In this document: in pieces, positions 1 to 9,579 of the stretch
Position numbering within the stretch: the first letter of the stretch is position 1
Layout: each line of letters begins with the position of its first letter
Origin: Dehalococcoidia bacterium UBA6926
Lineage (GTDB): Bacteria; Chloroflexota; Dehalococcoidia; UBA6926
Length of the DNA stretch: 64,000 nucleotides
Direction of reading: 5' to 3'
NCBI GenBank assembly: GCA_002450835.1
Contig: DKAM01000019.1
Location: forward strand, 5,991 to 69,990
Program-made: the position numbers and the translations under genes
Notes under the pieces: model-generated
The model's input: only the letters and a program-made list of their open reading frames with translations
Told to the model about the DNA's origin: nothing
Database searches by the model: none

Positions 1-1184
1 TTGAAGTATTCAGGTCTAAGTCGTTGATTTTGGCTACAGGAGGTATTGGGCAGGTTTATTCTCCAACCACCAATGGCTTAGTGGTAACAGCTGACGGACA
101 GGCACTAGCCTATAAGGCAGGGGCAACCTTGATGGACATGGAGATGGTGCAGCACCATCCGACGACGATGCAGGCGAATGGCGTACTAATCACAGAAGGT
201 GCTCGAGGCGAAGGTGCATATTTACTTAACTCCAAAGGCGAAAGATTCATGGAGAAATATGCTCCTAATATGAAAGAGTTGGCTTCGCGAGATGTAGTCT
301 CTCGGGCTGAGACCATGGAGATCCGTGAAGGTAGAGGAGTCGATGGGTGTGTGTTCTTGGATCTAAGGCATCTAGGTCGTGATCTTATAATGACTAAATT
401 AAGCCAGATATATGAACTATCCCGTGATTATGCTAACACTAATATTTTAGAGGCACCTGTCCCGATTCAACCAGGCCACCATTATATTATGGGTGGCATA
501 AAGACTGATGTTGATGGTCGGACCTGGGATGTTTCAGGACAAAATAGATGGCAAGGTGTTGAAGGATTATTCGCAGCAGGTGAATGTGCGAATGTTAGTG
601 TCCATGGCGGTAACCGACTAGGGGGCAATTCGCTCCTTGATACTATAGTATTTGGTAGACGATCAGGACAGGGATCTACTGACTATGCTAAATCAACAGA
701 TTGGGTAAACATTGATGAAAATTCAGTTATTAGGGGTGCCGAAGATAAAATTAAAGAAATCTTTGCTCGTCCTTCTGGAGGTCTTAGAACTGCAAACCTA
801 AGGTCAGAGATGGGTAGCGCTATGAACGACGGGATCGCGGTATTCCGCAATGAAGAAGGCATGAAGAAGACATTGGAATCTGTTCGCTCGGTGCGCGATA
901 GGTTTCCAAAAATTTCATTAGACAATAAAGGCAAAATTTTTAACACAGATCTTCTTTCCGTATTAGAATTAGAATTTATGTTAGATGTAGCAGAGGTCAT
1001 TGGCATAGGCGCGATTGAACGTAAGGAAAGTAGAGGAGCACACGCTAGAGAAGATTATCCTGATCGAAACGATGAAGAATATCTCAAGCATACAGTGGTT
1101 AATCTAGATGAAAATGGCGAACCAAAACTAAATTATATCCCAGTTACAATGACGCAATGGGAGCCGCAAGTGAGGACATATTAA
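1..1184 (+). CDS. sdhA: Succinate dehydrogenase/fumarate reductase flavoprotein subunit, 5'-truncated at window edge (C-terminal ~390 aa present)
   Basis: Frame is open from nt 3 with no upstream stop. ILATGGIGQVY FAD-binding motif; HYIMGGIKTD and ERKESRGAHAREDYPDRNDEEY are SdhA/FrdA active-site/capping-domain signatures. Immediately followed by sdhB. Confidence 0.9.
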   Translation, partial: EVFRSKSLILATGGIGQVYSPTTNGLVVTADGQALAYKAGATLMDMEMVQHHPTTMQANGVLITEGARGEGAYLLNSKGERFMEKYAPNMKELASRDVVSRAETMEIREGRGVDGCVFLDLRHLGRDLIMTKLSQIYELSRDYANTNILEAPVPIQPGHHYIMGGIKTDVDGRTWDVSGQNRWQGVEGLFAAGECANVSVHGGNRLGGNSLLDTIVFGRRSGQGSTDYAKSTDWVNIDENSVIRGAEDKIKEIFARPSGGLRTANLRSEMGSAMNDGIAVFRNEEGMKKTLESVRSVRDRFPKISLDNKGKIFNTDLLSVLELEFMLDVAEVIGIGAIERKESRGAHAREDYPDRNDEEYLKHTVVNLDENGEPKLNYIPVTMTQWEPQVRTY

Positions 1185-2129
1185 ATGGATGCGACGTTTA
1201 AAGTTCAAAGGTATGATCCCGAGTCCCAAGAAGGGTCTCATTATGAAGAATTTGAAGTAGACCTTCCAGAATATGGAAGTGTTCTAGAGGGACTGTTGGA
1301 CATAAGGGATCATCAGGATGGATCTCTGTCTTTAAGATGTTCTTGCAGAAGTGCGATATGCGGTTCTTGTTCTATGAAGATAAATGGCGAGTCTCGTTTA
1401 GCTTGTAAAGCTATGGTATCGGACATTAAGGAAACTGAAGGAGACATAATAACCGTAGAGCCGATGGGCAATATGCCAGTGATAAAAGATTTGGTTGTTA
1501 ATATGGATATGTTTTGGGAAAAAGTTGAAAAAATTGAACCATATCTCCAGCCAACTGGCCCTGAACCCGAAAAAGAATATCTTGTTTCAAATGATGAAAT
1601 GATGAAACTTGCCGTAGCTATGAATTGCATCATGTGTGGAGCATGTGTATCTGACTGCACCGTTTTAGAGGTAGATAAAACATTTTTGGGTCCGGCAGCT
1701 TTGGCAAAAGCATTCAGATTTGCGGCTGACCCACGTGATGGTGCCCAAGAAGAAAGACTTGAGTCCTATAACGAGCCTACCGGGGTTTGGGATTGCACTA
1801 GATGTTTTATGTGCGTTCAGGCATGTCCCAAGGACGTTGCTCCTATGGAACGTATCATGGATATACGATCCATGGTTGTTGAAAACGAGATAGACAAAAA
1901 AGGAAGAGGGCAGAGGCACATACAAGGGTTTATTGATGGAGTGAAACATAGTGGCAGGCTTGATGAGTTTGGACTTGCTAGAAAGACGTTCGGATTTCCT
2001 ATATGGGCTTTTGAACTAGCTGATTTGGGCATCAGACGAATTCTTCGATTGAGGTTACCTCCTATAATTCATAAAAGTATAAAGTCTGCGAAAAATGTTA
2101 AAAAGATTTTTGAAAACTTGGGGGTTTAG
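1185..2129 (+). CDS. sdhB: Succinate dehydrogenase/fumarate reductase iron-sulfur subunit with ~70-aa basic C-terminal extension
   Basis: Three Cys clusters: CSCRSAICGSCSM (2Fe-2S), CIMCGACVSDC (4Fe-4S), CTRCFMCVQACPK (3Fe-4S). ATG overlaps the sdhA stop (TAAATGG). 314 aa versus the usual ~240-260. Confidence 0.9.
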   Translation: MDATFKVQRYDPESQEGSHYEEFEVDLPEYGSVLEGLLDIRDHQDGSLSLRCSCRSAICGSCSMKINGESRLACKAMVSDIKETEGDIITVEPMGNMPVIKDLVVNMDMFWEKVEKIEPYLQPTGPEPEKEYLVSNDEMMKLAVAMNCIMCGACVSDCTVLEVDKTFLGPAALAKAFRFAADPRDGAQEERLESYNEPTGVWDCTRCFMCVQACPKDVAPMERIMDIRSMVVENEIDKKGRGQRHIQGFIDGVKHSGRLDEFGLARKTFGFPIWAFELADLGIRRILRLRLPPIIHKSIKSAKNVKKIFENLGV

Positions 2130-2132
2130 GGT

Positions 2133-3017
2133 ATGCGTTATGCTTTTTGGCCAGGTTGCGTGTCTAAGGCAGGAACTCCAGAACTGTTTCCAGCTGCAAC
2201 CGCGGTCGCTAATAAGATCGGTATGGATTTAGTAGAGCTTGATCAAGCAAATTGCACAGGAGCTGGTGTTTTAGGTGAGCGTAATGAAGAGCTCGTCGAT
2301 ACCCTAAACGCACGTAATTTTGCGATGGCGGAGCAAATGGGATTAGATACTATTTTGACCATTTGTTCTACTTGTCAGGGAGTTATGAGCTCGGTCAATT
2401 ATAAACTCAGGGAAAAACCCGAATACTTAGCCAAGATTAATGAAAATTTAAAAGAAGAAGGCCTAGAATATAAAGGAACGGTTCGCGTAACCCATATGAT
2501 GTGGGCTGTGGTTGAAGAACTTGGGTTGGATAAACTTTCTGAGATGGTAGTAAATCCATTAACAGGATTACGGATCGCTCCATTTTATGGCTGTTATATT
2601 TTACGACCGCGGTATGTTTTGGGAATGGATGAACATCCGGATAGAACACAATATTTAGAGAAAATTATTGCGGCATTAGGAGCAGAGCCGATCGATTATG
2701 AAGGTAAGCTTCGATGCTGTGGATTCCCAATCATGACGATCAATCAAGATAATGGTCTAAAGATGGTTGCAAACCATACGTTAGAAGCTAAGGATAAAGG
2801 GGCCCATGCCTTAGTTACGCCGTGCCCTTTGTGTCATTTAAATTTGGATGAATTTCAACCAAGAGCAGCAAGCAAAGCAGGAGAATCAATAGATATGCCG
2901 GTACTGCATCTGCCTCAATTAATTGGGTCTGCTTTGGGGTTCAATGTCAAGGAAATGGGATTAAAAAGACATATAATATCCACAGATAATTTTGTTGAAA
3001 TAGCAGGTATCTCATAG
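2133..3017 (+). CDS. CCG-domain Cys-rich subunit (heterodisulfide reductase B-like; SdhE/SdhC of type E succinate:quinone oxidoreductases)
   Basis: Two Cys-rich CCG-like motifs (CSTCQG...; CCGFP...CPLCHLNLD). Lies directly after sdhA-sdhB with a 3-nt gap. No predicted transmembrane helices. Confidence 0.75.
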   Translation: MRYAFWPGCVSKAGTPELFPAATAVANKIGMDLVELDQANCTGAGVLGERNEELVDTLNARNFAMAEQMGLDTILTICSTCQGVMSSVNYKLREKPEYLAKINENLKEEGLEYKGTVRVTHMMWAVVEELGLDKLSEMVVNPLTGLRIAPFYGCYILRPRYVLGMDEHPDRTQYLEKIIAALGAEPIDYEGKLRCCGFPIMTINQDNGLKMVANHTLEAKDKGAHALVTPCPLCHLNLDEFQPRAASKAGESIDMPVLHLPQLIGSALGFNVKEMGLKRHIISTDNFVEIAGIS

Positions 3018-3081
3018 ATAAAATTCATCTCAAATAAAAAATCTTTCAGACCAGTTGGCAGAATTTTATTGGGGTTAAAAT

Positions 3082-3753
3082 ATGAGCGAGCCTTCAGAAA
3101 AAACTGAGCTTAGTTGCTGTACTGACTTCGGCTTGCAGTTTAATGAAAGTTATTTTGAAAATTATTTACGAGAATACCGATCAAAAGGACTTCCAGCGCA
3201 ATCGAAACTGATTTTCGACTATTTGGTTTCCTATGGGATTAAGGATCATTCGATTCTCGAGGTCGGGAGTGGGGCGGGCGCTCTTCATATGAATTTAGTC
3301 AATTCGGGAGCACAGCGGTCTGTTGGGGTTGATGCTTCAGAATGGGCGAATAAAGCGGCTGAAAGACTTAAGAAAGAGATTGATCCATCGCTTAACTCTA
3401 AAACCATTATTGGCGAATTCTCTAAGGGTCAGCAAAATTATGGGAACTTTTCATTGGTGATAATGGACCGATCGATATGTTGCTACCCAGATTTAAACAG
3501 CTTATTAAGGTCTGCCATTTGCCATTCATCAGATCTGATTGCAATATCTATTCCTCGGAAACTTGTTTGGATACGCATTGGGGCAACTTTGATAAACATG
3601 GTGCAGTCATTATTGAGAAAAAAATTCCGAATCTATGTCCACTCTGAAGATCAGGTGGATAAAATTTTTAGCAATAACAGTTTCAGGCGCATTTATGCAG
3701 ATCAAACAAGGATATGGCAAGTTGTTGTTTACCAAATTACCAAAACTCAATAA
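3082..3753 (+). CDS. Class I SAM-dependent methyltransferase (function unknown)
   Basis: Motif I ILEVGSGAGALHMNLV followed by an acidic residue (VGVDAS) typical of the Rossmann SAM-binding fold. Confidence 0.55.
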   Translation: MSEPSEKTELSCCTDFGLQFNESYFENYLREYRSKGLPAQSKLIFDYLVSYGIKDHSILEVGSGAGALHMNLVNSGAQRSVGVDASEWANKAAERLKKEIDPSLNSKTIIGEFSKGQQNYGNFSLVIMDRSICCYPDLNSLLRSAICHSSDLIAISIPRKLVWIRIGATLINMVQSLLRKKFRIYVHSEDQVDKIFSNNSFRRIYADQTRIWQVVVYQITKTQ

Positions 3754-3765
3754 GCCGTGTTTAAC

Positions 3766-4695
3766 CTAAAGATTATCCATTGCATCAATTAATTCTTCGA
3801 CGGCTGCAATTGAATTATCAAACCCTGCCTTTTCTTCGTCTGTAAGCTCAAGCTCGATAATTTTTTCTACTCCCGACTCTCCCAATACAACTGGAACCCC
3901 AATGAATACGTTATTAACACCGTATTCACCTTCTAAATACGCTGCTGCTGGAACAACCCGTTTTTTGTCTAGGATTATTGCGTCTGCCATCTGAAGAACT
4001 GCTGCAGACGGAGCATAGAAAGCAGAACCTGTTTTCAATAAGCTGACGATTTCACCGCCACCTTGTCGAGTACGTGTAACTATTGCATCAATTTTTTCAC
4101 TAGACATCCAGTGGTCCAGAGGTAAACCTCCCACAGTTGCATACCTTACGAGCGGGACCATCGTGTCTCCATGACCTCCTAGCACATATGCTTGTACGTC
4201 TTCTACCGATACATTTGTTTCTTGTGCTATAAAAGTTCTCATTCTTGCGGTATCAAGGACACCTGCCATTCCTAACACTCGTTCTTTGGGGAATCCCGAT
4301 TGTTTGTAAGCTTCGTACACCATTGCATCCAGAGGATTGGATACTATGAGGAGTATAGAGTTTGGCGACTTTTGTACTACCTCTTTCACAACACTTTGCA
4401 TTATTGATTTATTAGTACGAAGTAAGTCATCTCGCGTCATACCGGGTTTTCGAGCTATACCAGCTGTAATTACAACGAGATCCGAATCCTTAGTTTCATC
4501 ATATGTGTTTGTACCAGTCACATTACTGTCATATCCAAGGATCGGTCCACTCTCTGCCAGATCCAAGGCTTTTCCTTGAGGCATACCTTCTACTACGTCT
4601 ACTAATACAATATCAGCATAGTCTCTTTCTGCTATTCTTTGTGCAACGGTCGCACCTACGTTTCCACCGCCAACGACTGTGATCTTTTTTCTCAT
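3766..4695 (-). CDS. mdh: Malate dehydrogenase (LDH-like family)
   Basis: N-terminal [18 protein letters not shown]-binding motif. [14 protein letters not shown] has the substrate-specificity Arg (MDH, not LDH). Catalytic His in [15 protein letters not shown]-aaac Shine-Dalgarno sequence before the ATG. Confidence 0.9.
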   Translation of the reverse strand: MRKKITVVGGGNVGATVAQRIAERDYADIVLVDVVEGMPQGKALDLAESGPILGYDSNVTGTNTYDETKDSDLVVITAGIARKPGMTRDDLLRTNKSIMQSVVKEVVQKSPNSILLIVSNPLDAMVYEAYKQSGFPKERVLGMAGVLDTARMRTFIAQETNVSVEDVQAYVLGGHGDTMVPLVRYATVGGLPLDHWMSSEKIDAIVTRTRQGGGEIVSLLKTGSAFYAPSAAVLQMADAIILDKKRVVPAAAYLEGEYGVNNVFIGVPVVLGESGVEKIIELELTDEEKAGFDNSIAAVEELIDAMDNL

Positions 4696-4785
4696 GTTTC
4701 CCCCAATGATTCATTATAAAATATTCTTTAAAATTGATACAGTTCTATAATTGAATTAATTCTACGGTTAGATATAATAGCGCAA

Positions 4786-6684
4786 TTACTTACTGGGACC
4801 AACTACTACTAAAGCATCTCCTTTAGCGACTCTGTCACCACTATTTCTGGGTAGCTCTAGTATAATGCCGTCTGCGGATGCCGGCAGCATATTTTGCATT
4901 TTCATAGCTTCTATGACAACCAAAGTATCGCCTTTTTTAACTTTGTCACCGATTTTAACTTCGTATCTTATAACCAACCCTGGCATTGGAGCTGTTATGA
5001 GGTAGCCTCCTTCAGGTGCAGACAAACCAGATTTAGTTACTTCCGTGGATGACATCGCTGGTGGTGGCTGCAAAGGCCGCCCTCCTTGGTTCGGATCTCT
5101 AAAGCTTCTAATTCTAGGGCCAGTTGTGTTGGAAGACTCCACTATTATGTCAAATTCCTTTTCACCTACGTAAACTTTGTATGACCTAGAGTTCGCTCCT
5201 GGACCAACCGCCGGTTTGTTTACATCCTTTGTATTTGGTTCCTCTTGTTTTTCCGTAGAATAGGATTCTTTTTTAGGAGGGTCATCGATTCCGTGCTTCC
5301 AACGAAGGAACTGAAGTCCGGTTACAGGATATAGCGCATAAATTAGAACATCTCCTTCATCCGAGGAAATGTCGATGATATCCTCTTTTGCTTTGGCAAG
5401 TTCTGGTTCGAGGATATCAGCCGGTTTTTCTTTGGTAGGAGTTTCACCGCGTTCGTATCCCTTTAAAACCTTTTTTACCACCCGTTTATTCATAGGCAAG
5501 GGTGGTTGCCCGTATAGCCCAAATACGTAGTCTTTGATTTGCTGGCTTACCATCTCGTATCTACCGAACAAAACATTTTGAACTGCTTGAATACCTATAA
5601 TCTGGCTCGAGGGTGTTACTAACGGTGGATATCCAAGGTCTTTTCTAGTTTTCGGTAGTTCCTTTAGTACATCGGGGAGTTTGTCTAAAGCGTCAGCCTC
5701 AGCGAGCTGTGAAAGTAGGTTTGAGGTCATTCCTCCGGGAACTTGATGGGTTAGAACACTGGTATCTATTGTACTGAATTTTGATGGAGCCATAAAATCT
5801 GAGTAATGTTCTTGTAAGATGGTTTCTAATTTATCGCTGGCATCAATTATTCTATTTAGGTTAAAACCGGTGCTTCTTTCTGTTTTGTCTAAAGTCACAA
5901 TCAGAGGCTCCAATGGGGGATGCGCAGTTCTGAGTGATAATGGTGCTAAATCTGTATCGACAATATCTATTCCTGCTTCTATTGCTTTTAATTGGGTCAT
6001 TTGGCCCATACCGGATGTGTAGTGGGCATGTAATTCTATGGGTATAGAAACTGCATCTTTCAAAGCACTAACTAACTCGTATGCATCGTACGGAGATAAA
6101 AGAGCTGCCATATCTTTAATACACAAAGAATCGGCACCCATCTTCTCAATAGTTTTAGCTTTTTCGATAAAATAGTCTAAATTGAATACTGGTCCTCCCA
6201 TCTGCTGTTCGGTTACCGAGTAGCAGATAGTTCCTTGAACATGCTTTCCAGCTTCCTTTATAGCATCAAATGAAGATTCAAAATTCCGATGATCGTTTAA
6301 CGCATCGAAAACACGAAATATATCTATTCCTGACTTGGCAGAATATCTAATAAACTCTTTAACTACGTCGTCGGGGTAATTCCTGTAACCCACGAGATTT
6401 TGCCCTCTTAGTAGCATCATAAAAGGAGTTTTTGGTGCTACCTTTTTTAGGTCCTTTATACGCTCCCATGGATCTTCATTTAAATATCTCGTCATTACGT
6501 CAAAGGTAGCTCCACCCCATACTTCGAGAGCGGCGAATCCAACTTTATCAAGCATCCCTATTATTTCTTTTATGTGATTCGTCCGCATCCTTGTTGCCAT
6601 AATTGATTGATGCCCATCACGAAGGGTCACATCTGTGACTTGGACTTTAGAATCAGAGTTACGAAAAATATCTTTTGGATCCAT
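4786..6684 (-). CDS. Carboxyltransferase 5S-type subunit fused to a C-terminal biotinyl (BCCP) domain (PycB / OadA / transcarboxylase-5S-like)
   Basis: N-terminal VTDVTLRDGHQS TIM-barrel carboxyltransferase motif. C-terminal IEAMKMQN biotin-attachment motif preceded by a Pro/Ala linker. Confidence 0.85.
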   Translation of the reverse strand: MDPKDIFRNSDSKVQVTDVTLRDGHQSIMATRMRTNHIKEIIGMLDKVGFAALEVWGGATFDVMTRYLNEDPWERIKDLKKVAPKTPFMMLLRGQNLVGYRNYPDDVVKEFIRYSAKSGIDIFRVFDALNDHRNFESSFDAIKEAGKHVQGTICYSVTEQQMGGPVFNLDYFIEKAKTIEKMGADSLCIKDMAALLSPYDAYELVSALKDAVSIPIELHAHYTSGMGQMTQLKAIEAGIDIVDTDLAPLSLRTAHPPLEPLIVTLDKTERSTGFNLNRIIDASDKLETILQEHYSDFMAPSKFSTIDTSVLTHQVPGGMTSNLLSQLAEADALDKLPDVLKELPKTRKDLGYPPLVTPSSQIIGIQAVQNVLFGRYEMVSQQIKDYVFGLYGQPPLPMNKRVVKKVLKGYERGETPTKEKPADILEPELAKAKEDIIDISSDEGDVLIYALYPVTGLQFLRWKHGIDDPPKKESYSTEKQEEPNTKDVNKPAVGPGANSRSYKVYVGEKEFDIIVESSNTTGPRIRSFRDPNQGGRPLQPPPAMSSTEVTKSGLSAPEGGYLITAPMPGLVIRYEVKIGDKVKKGDTLVVIEAMKMQNMLPASADGIILELPRNSGDRVAKGDALVVVGPSK

Positions 6685-6923
6685 TAGTACGATCTCCGAT
6701 AGTTGTTAGTGAGTGCTATGCTTTTTTGGTGGTGGTGTTTGTATTTAGAGTCAGTGGGTATTCTATTGGACATTTGAGACAATCGGCCTCTTAACCTCCA
6801 TTTGTTAGTTGGCTCGCTCAGATTTCTCAATCTTATCTCTTCTTCATAATCATTTATCACACTTAGAATTGCTGCGCTAAGTTCTTCATCTATCGAATCT
6901 ATATCCAGATTAGTACTATTCAT
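6684..6923 (-). CDS. Small ORF, possible acyl-CoA carboxylase epsilon-like subunit
   Basis: 79 aa between the 12S and 5S genes. N-terminus EELSAAILSVINDYEEE resembles the EELAALVAVL-type motif of AccE/PccE epsilon subunits. Stop overlaps the 5S ATG. Weak evidence. Confidence 0.35.
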   Translation of the reverse strand: MNSTNLDIDSIDEELSAAILSVINDYEEEIRLRNLSEPTNKWRLRGRLSQMSNRIPTDSKYKHHHQKSIALTNNYRRSY

Positions 6924-6924
6924 T

Positions 6925-8478
6925 TTAGAGAGGTATATTCCCGTGTTTCTTTGAAGGAACTGAATCAGTTTTATTTTCTAACATTGATAGCGCGCTGACT
7001 ATCATTTTCCTTGTATCTGAGGGGTCAATGACATCCTCTATGTAACCCTTGCTAGCTGTAACATATGGGTTTGCGAATTGTTCTTGATATTCTTGAGTAG
7101 CAAGTTTTCTTTCCATTTCTGAATTTTCTGATTCTCTAATTCGATTTCTAAAAATAATATTAGCGGCTCCTTCAGCTCCCATAACAGCCATTTCTGCGCC
7201 TGGCCAAGCATAATTTATGTCTCCTCTGAGCATCTGGGAGGACATTACAATTAATGCTCCACCATACGCTTTTCTTGTCACAATTCCTACCTTTGGCACG
7301 GTTGCTTCAGTATATGCATACAATAGTTTGGCTCCATGCGTTATGATGCCGTTATGTTCTTGATCTACGCCTGGTAAGTAGCCGGGAACATCAGTTAGGG
7401 TAACTAGTGGAATATTAAAGCAATCACAAAATCTAACGAATCGAGCGGCTTTTATGGCAGCTTTGATGTCTAAAGCTCCGGACATGACCATAGGTTGTTG
7501 ACCTATTATGCCTGTTGTCTTCCCGTTAAATCTGCCAAACCCCACTACAATGTTTTGGGCCCATGATTGGTGGACTTCCAAAAAGCCCCCACCAATATCC
7601 ACTATCGAATCAATGAAATCTCTCATGTCATAGGGTTGGTTTGGGTCTTCTGGAACTAAGTCCATCAATTCTGGGGTTGGTCTACTAGGATTATCTGCAG
7701 TATCTGCAAACGTAGAATCCTCCAAGTTATTCGATGGAAGAAAGCTTAGCAGATCCCTGGCAAGGTCTAAGCTTTCTTCCTCACCATCAGTGCCGAAATG
7801 TGCTACTCCACTCATTGTTGTGTGAGCATCGGCACCACCTAATTGCTCGTGTGTTACTTCCTCACCGGTAACGGTTTTTATTACGTCTGGACCGGTTATA
7901 TACATTTGGCCTACGCCTTTTTCCATTATAATGAAATCAGTTAGAGCAGGGCTGTAAACGGCTGCGCCAGCAGCTGGACCCATTATGATACTAATTTGAG
8001 GAATCACTCCAGAGGATAAGACATTCCTTTGAAAGATTTGCCCTACACCCCAGAGGCTGTCAACACCTTCTTGAATCCTAGCCCCGCCTGAATCCAAGAT
8101 ACCTATTATTGGGGACCCAGTTTTTAGTGCTAGGTCTTGGACCTTCATAGTTTTTTTTGAAGCAACCAATGACATGGTTCCCCCTAAAACAGTGAAGTCA
8201 AAGGCGTATACAAAAACTGTTCTACCATCAATTTTCCCATACCCTGTTACTACTGAATCACCTGGGACTTTTCTGTCTGCTATTCCAAATTCATTGACAT
8301 CATGCGTTACAAAAGGATCTAGTTCAATAAAAGTTCCAGGATCTAAAAGGCGGTTGATTCTCTCATGCGCAGTCATTTTGCCCCGTGCATGTTGTCTTTC
8401 TATTGCCGCTTCGCCCCCACCTTGAGACGAGGCAGATCGACGTTTGGATAATTCATCAAGTTTATCTTGCATAGTCAT
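6925..8478 (-). CDS. pccB: Propionyl-CoA carboxylase beta chain / methylmalonyl-CoA carboxyltransferase 12S subunit
   Basis: Canonical N-terminus (DKLDEL...GGG...IERQHARGKMTAHERI..LLDPGTF.E) and two crotonase-like carboxyltransferase halves. Confidence 0.9.
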   Translation of the reverse strand: MTMQDKLDELSKRRSASSQGGGEAAIERQHARGKMTAHERINRLLDPGTFIELDPFVTHDVNEFGIADRKVPGDSVVTGYGKIDGRTVFVYAFDFTVLGGTMSLVASKKTMKVQDLALKTGSPIIGILDSGGARIQEGVDSLWGVGQIFQRNVLSSGVIPQISIIMGPAAGAAVYSPALTDFIIMEKGVGQMYITGPDVIKTVTGEEVTHEQLGGADAHTTMSGVAHFGTDGEEESLDLARDLLSFLPSNNLEDSTFADTADNPSRPTPELMDLVPEDPNQPYDMRDFIDSIVDIGGGFLEVHQSWAQNIVVGFGRFNGKTTGIIGQQPMVMSGALDIKAAIKAARFVRFCDCFNIPLVTLTDVPGYLPGVDQEHNGIITHGAKLLYAYTEATVPKVGIVTRKAYGGALIVMSSQMLRGDINYAWPGAEMAVMGAEGAANIIFRNRIRESENSEMERKLATQEYQEQFANPYVTASKGYIEDVIDPSDTRKMIVSALSMLENKTDSVPSKKHGNIPL

Positions 8479-8635
8479 AAGTGGCGCTTTAAATTTCTAT
8501 ATTAATCTTGAAATACATTTATCATAGGATGGTAGCAGAGCCGGTTAGAAGGTGACAAGCCTATAATAGGCATGAGTATGTATAAAAATTATTGATAAAG
8601 ATGCTGGATTCAATATGATTATTGGTCTAACTTAG

Positions 8636-9511
8636 ATGATAATGAATAGTATGATGCGATTTGGAAAAAGAACATACGTTATGGGCATAATTAACATGTC
8701 TCCTGAATCATTTTCGGGAGATGGGTTCATAGACCATGAATCTGCGATCAGTATGGCGAAAACATATATTGATCAAGGAGCAGATATTATTGATGTTGGA
8801 GGGCAGTCTACGCGGCCCCGATACTCAGCTGAAGTGGAATCCCTGGTGTCTGGTGTAGATAAACCAGGTGATTCGTATGAGATTGTTTCAGAAGAGATAG
8901 AGATAGAGCGCGTAGTTGCAGTGGTCGAAGAAGTGAGCAAGCTGGGTGTCCCAGTTTCAATAGATACTTTTAAACCTAATGTCGCAAAGGCTGCGATACT
9001 AGCTGGGGCAACCATAATTAACGATGTAACTGGATTGAAATTTGACATTCAAATGGCTCACATAGCGTCTGAATACTCCAGTTACATCGTATTAATGCAT
9101 AATCAAGCAACGACAAAGTATGAGAATCTGATAGAAAACGTTGCAGATTCTTTAAATGAAAGTGTTTCGAAAGCGATTTCTGCAGGAGTTAGAAGGGATA
9201 AAATTATTGTTGACCCAGGTTTTGGTTTTGGTAAGACCGTTACGCATAATTTAGATTTACTTAATAATCTCGATGTTCTCAAATCGAAACTAGGTTATCC
9301 GATGCTATTAGGTACCTCGAGGAAATCAACCATAGGCAAAGTCTTAAACTTACCAGAAGGTCAGCGAGTCGAAGGAACAGCTGCTACCATGGCAATTGCT
9401 ATATCACAAGGGGTAGATATAATTCGCGTTCACGATGTTGAATATATGGTAAGGGTCGCAAAGATGTCAGATGCAATAGTCAGAGACTCTAGCGGAAATG
9501 AAATAAATTAA
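8636..9511 (+). CDS. folP: Dihydropteroate synthase
   Basis: VMGIINMSPESFSGDG and DIIDVGGQSTRP pterin-binding motifs. Exact start ambiguous (several in-frame Met at 8636-8654). Confidence 0.85.
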   Translation: MIMNSMMRFGKRTYVMGIINMSPESFSGDGFIDHESAISMAKTYIDQGADIIDVGGQSTRPRYSAEVESLVSGVDKPGDSYEIVSEEIEIERVVAVVEEVSKLGVPVSIDTFKPNVAKAAILAGATIINDVTGLKFDIQMAHIASEYSSYIVLMHNQATTKYENLIENVADSLNESVSKAISAGVRRDKIIVDPGFGFGKTVTHNLDLLNNLDVLKSKLGYPMLLGTSRKSTIGKVLNLPEGQRVEGTAATMAIAISQGVDIIRVHDVEYMVRVAKMSDAIVRDSSGNEIN

Positions 9512-9579
9512 TATGTTAATAGCATTTCCAATTTGGCTTCAAATCCCAAGTAAATTACAGCGTCATTAAGAGGTGATAT

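Noticed and set aside
4786-8478. Na+-translocating oxaloacetate/methylmalonyl-CoA decarboxylase interpretation of the 12S/5S-BCCP cluster
   Set aside because: Membrane pumps of this family require an integral beta subunit (OadB/MmdB, ~9-11 TM) and usually a small gamma/delta anchor. No such gene is adjacent, and the small intervening ORF has no TM helix.
8479-8635. Possible ncRNA/riboswitch (folate/THF) in the 157-nt divergent gap between pccB and folP
   Set aside because: No recognisable conserved riboswitch core or stable multi-stem structure could be discerned by eye. It is most simply a divergent promoter region. It cannot be excluded without a covariance-model scan.
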